Below, piece after piece: positions 63,416 through 64,000 of a stretch of DNA of 64,000 bases. Under the pieces are notes generated by a model that was not told where the DNA came from, did no database searches, and saw only the letters and a program-made list of their open reading frames with translations. The DNA lies in the NCBI GenBank assembly GCA_951406725.2, contig OX597831.1, forward strand, positions 5,952,001 to 6,016,000, written 5' to 3'. The number at the start of each line of letters is the position of its first letter. The stretch's first letter is position 1. The stretch is from Octopus vulgaris (lineage: Eukaryota). The position numbers were made by a program, and so were the translations under genes.

Positions 63416-64000
63416 GTGATCTTTTCCTTTTTGAACGGCAGTTTTCAACACAATTTCTAGATAACTAAACACTTTTAAACTTCGTATACTGGTAGAATGT
63501 GTTTATAAAACATCATTTTTTCTTGGCTTTATTGAGAAAATTCTATAGTTTGTAACATATTTCCACTTTAAAATCGAGCATTTCGGCAATTTTAACCAAT
63601 CAAATACGTCCATTTGGGGTGAAAACATACCTATTTCTTTATTACCCACAAGGGGCTAAACACAGAGGGGACAAACAAGGACAGACATAGGTATTAAGTC
63701 GATTACATCGACCCCAGTGCGTAACTGGTACTTAATTTATCGACCCCGAAAGGATGAAAGGCAAAGTCGACCTCGGCGGAATTTGAACTCACATGGTAAC
63801 GCAGACAAAATACCACTAAGCATTTCGCCTGGCGTGCTAACGTTTCTGCCAGCTCGCCATGCTGTATGAATATGTCCCTCGTTTAAGAAACAGATTGGGT
63901 TTATTTACATTTGCGAAGAAAAAAAGATACCCTTCCCCCACCCCTAAACCTAACCCTAAAATAGATTGAAATGCAATAGATCGATACTAGGGTTATAATT
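63415..64000. mobile_element. Non-autonomous DNA element (Helentron/HINE-like?) with a nested SINE at 63629-63858
   Basis: Abrupt break of ZNF homology in an A-rich site; short CCCTAA-type repeat near 63941-63958; runs off the window. Confidence 0.45.

Overview
AT-rich, repeat-dense eukaryotic genomic DNA. The SINE repertoire and the intronless C2H2 gene suggest an octopus or other coleoid cephalopod (inference). Manual splicing gives four intact genes and one broken paralogue. (1) HELQ helicase on the minus strand: 17 coding exons (30488 down to 1733, 1123 codons) with all splice phases consistent; the 3' end runs off the window. (2) Head-to-head with it, a 3-coding-exon, 260-aa gene that the ORF track shows only as fragments. 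It has an N-terminal Ku-binding motif (RKRILPQWM), a central MRI motif and a C-terminal xxEIF motif, so it is a CYREN/MRI-like NHEJ adaptor. (3) A 13-finger C2H2 gene (47104-48351, -). (4) A spliced, intact Merlin/IS1595-like transposase gene with an altered catalytic motif and no visible TIRs, a candidate domesticated transposase. (5) An inverted, TE-interrupted copy of the zinc-finger gene at 63185. Introns hold several SINE families (one with a tRNA-like head plus a hammerhead ribozyme), non-autonomous Helitrons, hAT/TTAA/TA MITEs, mariner and RTE fragments, and a 1.6-kb 17-bp minisatellite. Most ORF-track entries are repeat artefacts.
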